A stretch of DNA of 64,000 nucleotides from Planctomycetota bacterium. Its GTDB lineage: Bacteria; Planctomycetota; UBA1135; UBA2386. Under the pieces are notes generated by a model. It was given only the letters and a program-made list of their open reading frames with translations, was not told the origin of the DNA and did not search any database. The stretch's first letter is position 1. Each line of letters begins with the position of its first letter. Shown here piece after piece: positions 1-9,051 of this stretch. Location: positions 5,056,001 to 5,120,000 of the forward strand of contig JBKAGP010000001.1 in assembly GCA_046290465.1 (NCBI GenBank). The letters are read 5' to 3'. A program made the position numbers and the translations under genes.

Positions 1-79
1 CGTTGATCAGGTCGACCCCTCGCGCCGGAGGGATCGTAGGGGGCGTGTCGTTGGTCGGCGCCTTCTTCTTCGCTGCCAT
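1..79 (-). CDS. 5' end of a hypothetical protein running off the window (MAAKKKAPTNDTPPTIPPARGVDLIN...)
   Basis: ATG at 79, frame open to the window edge, divergent from the helicase gene. Confidence 0.45.
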   Translation of the reverse strand, partial: MAAKKKAPTNDTPPTIPPARGVDLIN

Positions 80-297
80 GCGGTCGAGGCTACTCGATCG
101 CGTCCCCAGTTGGCTACGCCGCCCGCACGTCCGGCCGGTCAGTTCGCACCGGGCGGCCCGGAGCGGTCCAGCCAGCCGTTTCAGGCTCGTGATTGTGCCG
201 CCTTTAGCCGCGTGCTTGCGCCCCAGGTGCGCTGCTGGCAGCATCATCCCGCCGTCGCGCGTCGCCCGCTAGGCATCGAACAAGGAGAGTCAGAGCT

Positions 298-2094
298 GTG
301 AGTGGAAACCCCTTTCAATATCGGCAGCCGTCCATCGGCGGGAACAATCGAATCCGAACTCCACAGCGGGAGGCCTACGACGCGCTCGTGACCTATGCGG
401 CAAGACCGGCCGACGATCGCGAGGTCGGCATCGTTCTACCGGTCGGCTGCGGCAAGTCGGGGTGCATCACGCTCGCCCCCTTCGCGTTCCGATCGAAGCG
501 CGCGTTGGTCATCGCGCCCGGGAAGACGATCGCGCAGCAATTGTGCAACGACTTCGACCCGACCAAGCCTGACATGTTCTACGCGAAGTGCGGAGTTCTC
601 GCGGGCGCGCCGTACCCCGAGCCTGTGGAGATCAGAGGCACGACCGCGAATCGGGGCGATCTCGACGAAGCCCACGTGGTCATCACCAACATCCAACAGC
701 TCCAGGGGGAGCAGAACCGATGGCTGTCGACATTGCCGCCGGACTTCTTCGATTTGCTGCTGTTCGACGAAGGGCACCACAGCGTCGCCGCGACCTATAC
801 GGCGCTCAAGGGCTCGTTCCCCGGCGCGCGCATCGTCAACTTCAGTGCAACCCCACTGCGGGCTGACGGCCAGCGCATGGCGGGTCGCTTCATCTACACG
901 TATCCGATCTTCCGTGCGATCCAGGAAGGGTACGTCAAGCGGCTGAAGGCGCTCGTGTTGAACCCGCGTACGCTGAAGTATGTTCGACGCGATGGAGATG
1001 AGGAGATCACCGTTGGGTTGGAAGAGGTTCGCCGGCTGGGTGAGGTGGATGCCGACTTTCGGCGGAGCATCGTCACGTCGCGAGAGACGCTAACGACGAT
1101 CGTTGACGCGTCGATCCGAGAACTTGAGCGCATCCGTGCTGAAACGGGGGATAAGCGGCATGCGATCATCGCGTCGGCGTTGAACTACGAGCACTGTCGA
1201 CAGATCGTCGAGGCCTACCGCGGGCGGAATCGAGAGGTCGCATTCGTTCACAGTCGGGAGGATGGCGCCGCCAACGATGCTGTCATGAAGAAGCTGCGGG
1301 CGCACGAACTCGATGTGATCGTCCAGGTTCGCAAGCTCGGTGAAGGATTCGATCACCCGTACCTGTCGGTCGCCGCGGTCTTCAGCATCTTCGCGAACCT
1401 GTCCCCGTTCGTTCAGTTCGTGGGGCGCATCATGCGTGTCATCAAGCAGAACAGCCCGGGTGACCCCATCAACCAGGGGACGGTCGTCTTCCACGCGGGC
1501 GCGAACATCGCAAGCCAGTGGGAGGACTTTCAGGAGTACAGCGAAGCCGACCAGCAGTACTTCAACCAACTGCTGCCGATGGAAGGGCTGGACATCAACG
1601 GGCCTGAAGAAGTGGCCGTGGACCCGGTGCCGCGCGAGCCGAACACGGTGGAGGTTCGCGGTCAAAGCGCGGTGATGCTCCAGGAGATCCCGCTGCTTGA
1701 AGACGATGAGGCGATGCAGGCCATCGCGACACTGCGCGCCCGTGGGTACTCGTCTGACGATGTTCGGCGGGCGATGGAACATCAGCCGGTGCCGACAACC
1801 AAGGCGCATGAGCGCAGGGCTGCACAGGCGGCGCTCGATGAGCGCGTTCGCAGCGAAGTCGGTCGCATCCTGGGGGCTCGCAACATCAACCCCGTCGGAA
1901 AGGAACTCGACACCAAGCACCTAGGCAAGTCGAACTTCGTCGTGATGAAGGCGGCGATCGACAAGCAGGTGAACGCCCTTGTGGGCCGGCGTCCTGGTGA
2001 GCGTCACGAGCTGACACGGGCCGAACTGGACCGTATCCAAGAGCAGTTCGCGGACTTGGTGTCCGCAGCCGAGAAGGAGGTGTTTGATGGCTAG
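298..2094 (+). CDS. Superfamily-2 DEAD/DEAH-box helicase (type III restriction Res-subunit-like)
   Basis: Q-motif RTPQREA, Walker A LPVGCGKS, Walker B FDEGHH, motif III SATP, motif V LGEGFD, motif VI QFVGRIMR. AAGGAGAG RBS before the GTG start. Confidence 0.9.
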   Translation: MSGNPFQYRQPSIGGNNRIRTPQREAYDALVTYAARPADDREVGIVLPVGCGKSGCITLAPFAFRSKRALVIAPGKTIAQQLCNDFDPTKPDMFYAKCGVLAGAPYPEPVEIRGTTANRGDLDEAHVVITNIQQLQGEQNRWLSTLPPDFFDLLLFDEGHHSVAATYTALKGSFPGARIVNFSATPLRADGQRMAGRFIYTYPIFRAIQEGYVKRLKALVLNPRTLKYVRRDGDEEITVGLEEVRRLGEVDADFRRSIVTSRETLTTIVDASIRELERIRAETGDKRHAIIASALNYEHCRQIVEAYRGRNREVAFVHSREDGAANDAVMKKLRAHELDVIVQVRKLGEGFDHPYLSVAAVFSIFANLSPFVQFVGRIMRVIKQNSPGDPINQGTVVFHAGANIASQWEDFQEYSEADQQYFNQLLPMEGLDINGPEEVAVDPVPREPNTVEVRGQSAVMLQEIPLLEDDEAMQAIATLRARGYSSDDVRRAMEHQPVPTTKAHERRAAQAALDERVRSEVGRILGARNINPVGKELDTKHLGKSNFVVMKAAIDKQVNALVGRRPGERHELTRAELDRIQEQFADLVSAAEKEVFDG

Positions 2095-2308
2095 AAAGTC
2101 CCTGGTGCAACGATCAGAAGTGGATCAGGCGAAGCAGGCGCACAACTGTCAGGCGAGCGCCAAGCACAGGTTGCAGATGGGAGATCGGCGGCTGAAGGTC
2201 TTCGTCGATCGCTCTCACGACCACTATTGCGCCGACTGCGCTCTGAAGATCATCGAGGCCGACATCGCGAAGCTCCAGGAGCTGGCGCGCCAGATCAAAG
2301 GATCATGA
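2087..2308 (+). CDS. Small putative Zn-binding protein (PARP-type zinc-finger-like)
   Basis: 73 aa, overlaps the helicase stop, AAGGAGG RBS. Pattern EVDQAK..HNC..KHRL..GDRRLKV..HYCADC followed by a helix. Confidence 0.7.
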   Translation: MARKSLVQRSEVDQAKQAHNCQASAKHRLQMGDRRLKVFVDRSHDHYCADCALKIIEADIAKLQELARQIKGS

Positions 2309-2343
2309 CACCGCCGGTCCCGTGAGGTTGTCGAGCCACGCTG

Positions 2344-2934
2344 CTACGTCACGGGTCGACCCGGCCCGCTGCCGCCGGGGAACTGGTAACCCATGTGCGT
2401 CACGGTGTTGATCACTTCGCAGGCGAGTTCGGCCGCGTGCGCCTGCAACTGGTCGAGCCACGCGACCGTCACCGGCGTGTCGCACACCTGCTGCTGTCCG
2501 GGCTTGCCGGTGACGTAGAACGGGACCGACGCGCCGTTCTCGTCGGGCGTGCCCCATGAGCCGTGGCAGATCAGGTTCCGCACCTTCCCCGCGGCGCGCA
2601 GCTCGGCGACGAACTCGGCGAGGTTCTGGTGGCGCGACTCGGGGTGCAGGCGCGCCGCCTTGCCGAACGTGTCGATCAGTGGGTTCAGCGGGTTCACGAT
2701 CGACCGTTCCAACAGATCGCTCCAGTTCTGCACCGCCGCAGCCGCCTCGGCCTGATTCTCGGGCGCAGGGACGGTGCCAGTCAGCGCGAAGACCGCCTTC
2801 TTCAGCATCTCTTCGAGGAACCCGAACGTGGCGACGGCGCGGCCTAGACTGCACCAGAACGCGGGGCCATGGCGATGCGTCGGGAACAGCGGCGGCAACT
2901 GCGACTTGTCGATGACGTGCGGTTGGGTGGTCAT
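2344..2934 (-). CDS. Hypothetical alpha-helical protein (possibly HEPN-like, RNxxxH)
   Basis: Coherent ~196-aa ORF starting MTTQPHVIDK; contains VRNLICHG. Confidence 0.7.
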   Translation of the reverse strand: MTTQPHVIDKSQLPPLFPTHRHGPAFWCSLGRAVATFGFLEEMLKKAVFALTGTVPAPENQAEAAAAVQNWSDLLERSIVNPLNPLIDTFGKAARLHPESRHQNLAEFVAELRAAGKVRNLICHGSWGTPDENGASVPFYVTGKPGQQQVCDTPVTVAWLDQLQAHAAELACEVINTVTHMGYQFPGGSGPGRPVT

Positions 2935-2944
2935 GGTCTCTTCA

Positions 2945-3270
2945 TCTGGCGCAGCTGCACCTTGTAGATGCACAGGCAGTCTTCGGCTTCGGCGGCGGTC
3001 AGGCGGTGGAACCGCAGCTCGGCTCGCGCGCGCTGGCGGTACTCGCGGATGTAGTCGTCCACGATGGCGCGCAGGCAGTTCGCCGGCGCGGCAGTCGGAC
3101 GGCAGCGGGTCGGTCGCGGGCCAGACCGCCGTCGAACAAGCGGTACGCCCGGTAGTCGGCTTCGACGTTCGACGCGCGCGCCGGCGCGTAGTCCCCGGCG
3201 TTGTAGGCGAGCAGGTAGCGTCGGTAGTCGTCGGTGGTGAGGTCGCGCGTGCCCAGGCGGAAGATCACGG
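2945..3270 (-). pseudogene. Fused gene remnants
   Basis: Protein-like fragments with no own start: ...DLTTDDYRRYLLAYNAGDY...VEADYRAYRLF... and ...AIVDDYIREYRQRARAELRFHRLTAAEAEDCLCIYK. Confidence 0.45.
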
Positions 3271-3828
3271 CGTGCCAGCGTTCCAGTTGATCTCGTCCGG
3301 CGGCGGAGGCTCTTTCCCGGTGTAGATGACCTTCGAGGGCACCTGAGCTGGATTGTAGAGGATGACACCGCCCTCGCACCTGCGGCTTGGGAAGTAGATC
3401 CCGCTGTACGAATCTGGCGAGACCAGCTCAGACACTTCTTCGCGGACGATCTGCGACTTGGTGTACGAGCCCGAAGGGAGGTCGCGGTCCTCGTAGAGCG
3501 CATCGGCCAGATCCTGCGGTAGGCCATGCATGTCGAGGACCGGAGTGCCCTGCAATAAGCACGACACCTCAAAGACCGGAAGGACGGTTGGACGCACTTC
3601 GGCCTCGGCGACCAGGAAGTCCGTCCCATACCAGTTCCCGGATTCTGCCCCCGTCTTGTAGCTACCGGGGTTTGTAGAGACGTATCCCGTCCGGTAGGTG
3701 TCCGCCGCTACGTCAACGATTCGGTAGAGCCCGCTATGGGCTGGCAGCTCCCCCAAGAGCTTGGTGTGGTTGCTGGGCAGCCATTCCTGCAACCTCGCGC
3801 GGAAATCGTCGTCCTTCATTGCCGGCAT
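3265..3828 (-). CDS. RES-domain protein (putative NAD+ phosphorylase toxin)
   Basis: R-E-S spacing: GLYRIV ... VAEAEV ... YSGIYFPSRRCEGGVILYNP. Confidence 0.7.
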   Translation of the reverse strand: MPAMKDDDFRARLQEWLPSNHTKLLGELPAHSGLYRIVDVAADTYRTGYVSTNPGSYKTGAESGNWYGTDFLVAEAEVRPTVLPVFEVSCLLQGTPVLDMHGLPQDLADALYEDRDLPSGSYTKSQIVREEVSELVSPDSYSGIYFPSRRCEGGVILYNPAQVPSKVIYTGKEPPPPDEINWNAGTP

Positions 3829-3839
3829 CACCCGTAGTG

Positions 3840-3916
3840 TGGTACGCCCGACAGGATTCGAACCTGTGACCTGCTCTTTAGGAAAGAGCTGCTCTATCCA
3901 GCTGAGCTACGGGCGC
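3840..3916 (-). tRNA. tRNA-Arg (anticodon CCT)
   Basis: Reverse complement GCGCCCGTAGCTCAGCTGGATAGAGCAGCTCTTTCCTAAAGAGCAGGTCACAGGTTCGAATCCTGTCGGGCGTACCA: 77 nt, cloverleaf, GCTCT/AGAGC anticodon stem with TTCCTAA loop, encoded CCA. Confidence 0.97.
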
Positions 3917-3949
3917 TTGCTGCCTGCGGAACGTACCCATCGCCCCCAG

Positions 3950-4465
3950 CAGTCTCCAGCAGCTTGCCGCTGATCTTCTCGATGCCGGCGCGCAGGATCT
4001 CCATCGTCGGCCGAATGTAGCCCGCGGTCACGTCGTCGTTCGGCAGCCGGTGGTTCATCAGCACCTTCAGCGTGATCGGGGTCGACCTGGGCGCTTTGCG
4101 CGAACGTGGCGAACGTCTCGCGCAGCCGGTGCGGGCTCTTCAGGATCGGATGCGACACCTTGCGCTTTCTTCCCGTCGATCTCGGCGTAGACGTATTTCT
4201 GCACGGTCACCGCGTGCGACGTGCCGCGCTTGGTGAACGCCGGGAACGCCCAGCCCTGGTCCGGCGGGTTCGTCGCTTTGCGGTTCCGCAGCAGGTCCAG
4301 CGTGAAGCGCGACAGCGGCACGGTGAACGCATGGTCGACCCCGCCCTTGGGCCGCGGTCAGTGGATGGTACCCGCCGGGAAGTTCACGTGTTCCCACCGG
4401 ACCGTCTTGGCGTCGTCGCCTCACGGAGGTGGCCGATCGAGACCCGGACGTAACCAGCACGAGCG
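3950..4465 (-). pseudogene. Decayed tyrosine recombinase/phage integrase (catalytic C-terminal part)
   Basis: Across frameshifts and one stop: VRWEHVNF..TIH*PRPKGG..FTVPLS, WAFP, SPHRLRETFAT (HxLR), LKVLMNH..DVTAGYI (catalytic H and Y). Confidence 0.85.
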
Positions 4466-4610
4466 CTGGCGCCGCCCCCGCTTGATCATCGACGTGGTCG
4501 AAGGCCGCGGCGCCGGGTTCTTGCGGGAGGCGCCCGACGGCACCCGCTTCCTGTCGCGCTCCGACGTGTGGTCCCACACCGCGGAGTCATCGCAGGGAGC
4601 GACCGCCCGC

Positions 4611-4811
4611 TCAGCGCAGGGCCGCGCGCGGTGCCATCTCGACGAACGTCTGCACGGTGCTCGCGACGCGCTCTCCGACCCAGCTGGCGGCCTCGACCGC
4701 GTTCGAACCGAGCCACAGGGAGGCCGCGATCAGCACCGCGAGCAGCGATGCGGACCAGAGCACGCGGAGCGCAGCGTGGGCGTCCTGGGACCGCGGGGCG
4801 GTGTTCTCCAT
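4611..4811 (-). CDS. Small membrane protein (66 aa)
   Basis: MENTAPRS...LWSASLLAVLIAASLWLG, one TM segment. Confidence 0.55.
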   Translation of the reverse strand: MENTAPRSQDAHAALRVLWSASLLAVLIAASLWLGSNAVEAASWVGERVASTVQTFVEMAPRAALR

Positions 4812-4916
4812 ATGGAGCAGAAGTTCATTGCGGCGTCGATGTGTCGCGCCCGCCGAGAAAAATCTGCGGTCGCGGCAGGCGTGGACTTCGCGGCCGGCGC
4901 AGGCTTCGATCCTGCC

Positions 4917-6209
4917 ATGCGACGCTTGCCCTACGGTCTCCTGTGCCTGCTGCTCGCGGCGTGCGCCTCGGAACCCCGCAAAGCCGTCCCCAACGACGTC
5001 GTCTTCGCCGCGACGCCGGTCCCCGATCGCATCGTGCTGACCTGGGCCGCGGACCCGGCCAGCAGCCAGAGCGTCACCTGGCGCACCGATGGCTCTGGCG
5101 CCGACGGGGTCGGCGAGATCGCGGTCGCGACCGATGGGCCCGAGTTCCGCAAGCAGGTGCGCAGGGTCGCGGCCGAGCAGCAGCAGCAGGTCGACGGCGC
5201 GCGCTACCACACCGTGACGTTCGCCGGGCTCGACGCCAGCACGCGCTACGTCTACCGCGTCGGCGACGGCGTTGACTGGAGCGAATGGAGCCACTTCTCG
5301 ACGGCGAGCGTCGAGCCGGAGCCGTTCTCGTTCTTGTACTTCGGCGACGCGCAGAACGACCTCAAGTCGCACTGGTCGCGGGTGATCCGCGAGGCGTTCC
5401 GCGATGCGCCGCGGGCGGCGTTCGTCGTGCACGCCGGCGACCTGGTCAATCGCGGCTTCCGCGACGGCGAGTGGGGCGAGTGGTTCTACAGCGCTGGCTG
5501 GATCCTGCGTTCGATGCCGTCGATCGCGACGCCGGGCAACCACGAATACCGCAAGGGGGAGCTGTCGAAGTTCTGGCGACCGCAGTTCGCGTTTCCGCTG
5601 GACGGGCCGAAGGGCTTCGAGGAGACGGTGTACTCGCTCGAGTACCAGGGTGTGCTGCTGGTGTCGCTCGACACCAACCGCGAGCTCGAACCGCAGGTCG
5701 CGTGGCTCGACGGCGTCGTCGCCGAGAGCGACGCGAACTGGAAGATCGTGACGATGCACCATCCGGTGTTCGGGACCGCCAAGAAGCGCGACAGCCCGAA
5801 GCGCCGCGCGATCCTGCAGCCGGCGTTCGATCGCAACGGCATCGACCTGGTGCTGCAGGGCCACGACCACACCTACAGCCGGACCGCGCGCATGCGGCAT
5901 GCGCACGCTGGCGACGAGGGCGAGCACGAGCATGCGGGCGAGAACGTGCCGACCGGCCTGCGCGCGCGCGACGACGAGACCGGCACCGTCTACGTGGTCT
6001 CGGTCAGCGGGCCCAAGATGTACCAGCTGCTGCGGCAGCCGTTCATGGTGAAGGCGACCGAGAAGAAGCAGCTCTACCAGGTGCTGTCGATCGACGGCGA
6101 CCGTCTGACCTACTCGGCGCGCACCGCGACCGGCCGGCTGTTCGACCGGTTCGAGCTGCGCAAGCGGTCTGGTGGGCCCAATGAGCTGGTCGAGACGATG
6201 CCGCGCTGA
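4917..6209 (+). CDS. Purple acid phosphatase-like metallophosphoesterase with FN3 N-domain, lipoprotein
   Basis: Lipobox LLLAAC; motifs GDAQ, HAGDLV, GNHE, MHHP, QGHDH. Confidence 0.9.
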   Translation: MRRLPYGLLCLLLAACASEPRKAVPNDVVFAATPVPDRIVLTWAADPASSQSVTWRTDGSGADGVGEIAVATDGPEFRKQVRRVAAEQQQQVDGARYHTVTFAGLDASTRYVYRVGDGVDWSEWSHFSTASVEPEPFSFLYFGDAQNDLKSHWSRVIREAFRDAPRAAFVVHAGDLVNRGFRDGEWGEWFYSAGWILRSMPSIATPGNHEYRKGELSKFWRPQFAFPLDGPKGFEETVYSLEYQGVLLVSLDTNRELEPQVAWLDGVVAESDANWKIVTMHHPVFGTAKKRDSPKRRAILQPAFDRNGIDLVLQGHDHTYSRTARMRHAHAGDEGEHEHAGENVPTGLRARDDETGTVYVVSVSGPKMYQLLRQPFMVKATEKKQLYQVLSIDGDRLTYSARTATGRLFDRFELRKRSGGPNELVETMPR

Positions 6210-6261
6210 CCGGTTGTGGGGGTGCGTTGCCAGCGCGGCCCGGATCGGATGCAATCCGCGC

Positions 6262-9051
6262 ATGCGTCCGCTCGCCGCCCTCGTCCGATGCGCGCTGCCG
6301 CTGGCCCTCATCGGGGCCGCGGTCGCGCAACAACGGCACTGGTCGTTCGTGCCGTTGCCCGCCGAAGTGCCGCAGCCGCGCGTCGACGGCGACGCCTGGT
6401 GCAACAACGGCATCGACCGGTTCGTGCTGGCGCGGCTCGAGGCCGAGGGCTTGCAGCCGTCGGCGCAGCTCGACGTCGCGCGCTACCTGCGGCGCGTCAG
6501 CCTGTCGCTGACCGGGCTGCCGCCCGACGAGGCGCAGCTCGACCGCGCCGCCGCCGGCGAGCTCGACGCGGTGATCGACGAACTGCTGGCGTCGCCGCGC
6601 TACGCCGAACGCATGGCCAGCGAGTGGCTCGACGTCGCGCGCTATGCCGACACGTTTGGCTACCAGGCGGACGTCGATCGGCCGGTGTGGCCGTGGCGTG
6701 ACTGGGTGCTGCGCGCGTTCCGGGACAACCTGCCGTTCGACCAGTTCGCCGTCTGGCAGATCGCCGGGGACCTGCTGCCCGATGCGACCCGCGAGCAGCG
6801 GCTGGCGACGGCGTTCCAGCGGTTGCACCGCCAGACCAACGAGGGGGGCAGCGTCGAGGAAGAGATGCGGCAGGAGTACGTCGCCGACCGCACCCAGACG
6901 TTTGCGACCGCGTTCCTCGGGTTGACGATGGAGTGCGCGCGCTGCCACGACCACAAGTTCGACCCGCTGTCGCAGAAGGAGTACTACGAGCTGTCCGCGT
7001 TCTTCGACAACGTCGACGAGTCGGGGCTGTATTCGCACTTCACGCGGGCGACGCCGACGCCGGCGCTGTCGCTGCCGACGGAGCAGCAGGCGCAACAAGA
7101 GCGCGATGCACGCGCGGCAGTGGCCGAACGCGAGCGGGAGCTCGCGGCGCTGTGTGCCTCGCTGACGCAGCGCGAGGCGGTGCTGCTGGGTGGGACCGGT
7201 CCGATCGACCCGGTCGGCGTGTTCTCGTTCGACGCGTTGGACCAGGGCAAGCTGCAGAACGCGGCTGACGCCGAGCTCCCCGGCCGCGTCGGGGACGGGC
7301 CGAAGTTGGTCGAAGGCAAGGTCGGCAAGGCGCTGCGCTTCGACGGCGAAGACTGGGCCAAGGTCCCGAAGGTCGCGGACTTCGACCGGCACCAACCGTT
7401 CTCGTTGGCGTTCTGGCTGCAAGTCCCCGAGGCCTACGATCGCGCGGTCGTCGTGCACCGCTCCAAGTCGTGGACCGACGCCGGTAGCCGCGGCTACGAA
7501 CTCCTGATCGAGGACGGCTGCCTGAGTTTCGCGCTGGTCCACTTCTGGCCCGGCAACGCGATCCGGATCCGGACCGCGCAGCCGTTCCCGGTCGGCCAGT
7601 GGGCGCACGTGGCGCTGACCTACGACGGCAGCAGCCGGGCCACGGGCCAGGCGATCTACGTCGACGGCGTGCGCGCGGAGGTGGCGGTCGTTCGGGACTG
7701 CCTGACGCGGACCATCCAGGGCGGCGGCGCCGATGCGCTGACGTTTGCGCAGCGCTTCCGCGACAAGGGCCTCAAGGGCGGCGCGGTCGACGAGCTGCAC
7801 GTCTTCGCGCGCGAGTTGACCGGGGCCGAGGTCGGCCACCTCGCGGGCGCGCCGGTGCGGCTGAGCAAGGCCGACGTGCGCGACCTGCTGCTCCGCACCC
7901 AGAGCGAAGACGGCAAGGCCAAGCTGGCGGCACTCGCCGCCGCGCGCCGCGCGCTCGGCAAGGTCCAGGACGGCCAGCGGGAGATCATGGTCATGCGCGA
8001 GATGGCGGGCCGCCGCGATACCTACGTGCGGCCGCGCGGCAGCTACCGGATGCAGGGCGAGCGCGTCGATCCCGGCACGCCTCTGTGCCTGCCACCGCTG
8101 CCGGCGGAGGGGGCGCGCAACCGCCTGGCGCTGGCGCGCTGGCTGATCGATCCGAGCCACCCGCTGACCGCGCGCGTCGTCGTCAACCGCGTCTGGCAGA
8201 TGCACTTCGGCAGCGGCCTGGTCGCGACCAGTGAGGACTTCGGCACGCAGGGCACGGAGCCGACGCATCCGCAGCTGCTCGACTGGCTGGCGCGCTGGTT
8301 CGTCGATTCGGGCTGGGACCTGAAGGCGCTGCACAAGCTGATCGTGACGTCGGCGACGTTCGGGCAGAGTTCGTCGGCGAGCGCCGCGCTGCGCGCCCGC
8401 GACCCGCAGAACCAGCTGCTCGCGCGCGGCCCGCGCTACCAGCTGCCGGCCGAGACGCTGCGCGACCAGGCGCTGTGGGCGGCCGGGCTGTTGGCCGAGC
8501 GCTTCGGTGGCGCGCCGGTGTTTCCCTACCAGCCGGCGGGGCTGTGGAAGGAGAAGAGCGGCCGCACCTACCGGCCGAGCAAGGGGGACGACCTCTACCG
8601 GCGCAGCCTCTACACCTACTGGAAGCGCACGTCGCCGCCGCCGGCGATGCTGCTGCTCGACGCCAGCAAGCGCGACGTCTGCGTGATGCGGCGGCACTGC
8701 ACGTCGACGCCGCTGCAGGCGCTGGTGATGCTCAACGACCCGCAGTTCGTCGAACCGGCGCGCGTCTGGGCGGAGCGGCTGGTGGAGCAGGGGGGCGAGG
8801 ACGACGCGCGGCTGCGAACGGTGTTCCGTCGCCTGACGAGCCGCGAACCCGAGGCGCGCGAGCTCGTGATCGTGCGCACGGCGCTGCAGGAACAGCGAGC
8901 CGGCTACCGCGCCGATCCGGCTGCCGCCGAGGCGTTGGCCAGGATCGGTGCGAAGCCGCAGGTGGCAGACCTCGACCGCGTCGAGGTCGCCGCGTGGACG
9001 GTCGTGATCAGCACGCTGATGAACTTCGACGAGGTGGTGAGGCTGCGATGA
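6262..9051 (+). CDS. DUF1549/DUF1553 (PSD1) protein with LamG-like domain
   Basis: HWSF..P, WLDVARYADT, CARCHDHKFDP, LamG core (GQWAHVALTYDG), HPLTARVVVNRVWQMHFG, TPLQAL. Confidence 0.92.
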   Translation: MRPLAALVRCALPLALIGAAVAQQRHWSFVPLPAEVPQPRVDGDAWCNNGIDRFVLARLEAEGLQPSAQLDVARYLRRVSLSLTGLPPDEAQLDRAAAGELDAVIDELLASPRYAERMASEWLDVARYADTFGYQADVDRPVWPWRDWVLRAFRDNLPFDQFAVWQIAGDLLPDATREQRLATAFQRLHRQTNEGGSVEEEMRQEYVADRTQTFATAFLGLTMECARCHDHKFDPLSQKEYYELSAFFDNVDESGLYSHFTRATPTPALSLPTEQQAQQERDARAAVAERERELAALCASLTQREAVLLGGTGPIDPVGVFSFDALDQGKLQNAADAELPGRVGDGPKLVEGKVGKALRFDGEDWAKVPKVADFDRHQPFSLAFWLQVPEAYDRAVVVHRSKSWTDAGSRGYELLIEDGCLSFALVHFWPGNAIRIRTAQPFPVGQWAHVALTYDGSSRATGQAIYVDGVRAEVAVVRDCLTRTIQGGGADALTFAQRFRDKGLKGGAVDELHVFARELTGAEVGHLAGAPVRLSKADVRDLLLRTQSEDGKAKLAALAAARRALGKVQDGQREIMVMREMAGRRDTYVRPRGSYRMQGERVDPGTPLCLPPLPAEGARNRLALARWLIDPSHPLTARVVVNRVWQMHFGSGLVATSEDFGTQGTEPTHPQLLDWLARWFVDSGWDLKALHKLIVTSATFGQSSSASAALRARDPQNQLLARGPRYQLPAETLRDQALWAAGLLAERFGGAPVFPYQPAGLWKEKSGRTYRPSKGDDLYRRSLYTYWKRTSPPPAMLLLDASKRDVCVMRRHCTSTPLQALVMLNDPQFVEPARVWAERLVEQGGEDDARLRTVFRRLTSREPEARELVIVRTALQEQRAGYRADPAAAEALARIGAKPQVADLDRVEVAAWTVVISTLMNFDEVVRLR

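Noticed and set aside
4330..4380. In-frame TGA in the integrase (TIH*PRPK) as a third Sec site
   Set aside because: The gene also has several frameshifts, the position is not a Cys motif, and no SECIS-like hairpin was seen. This is ordinary pseudogene decay.
4221..4916. Long N-terminal extensions in the ORF track (also 30134-33811, 50564-58006, 23225-25204, 8475-10448)
   Set aside because: Signal peptides, RBSs and family N-termini point to later starts, and the extensions overlap genes on the other strand or frame.
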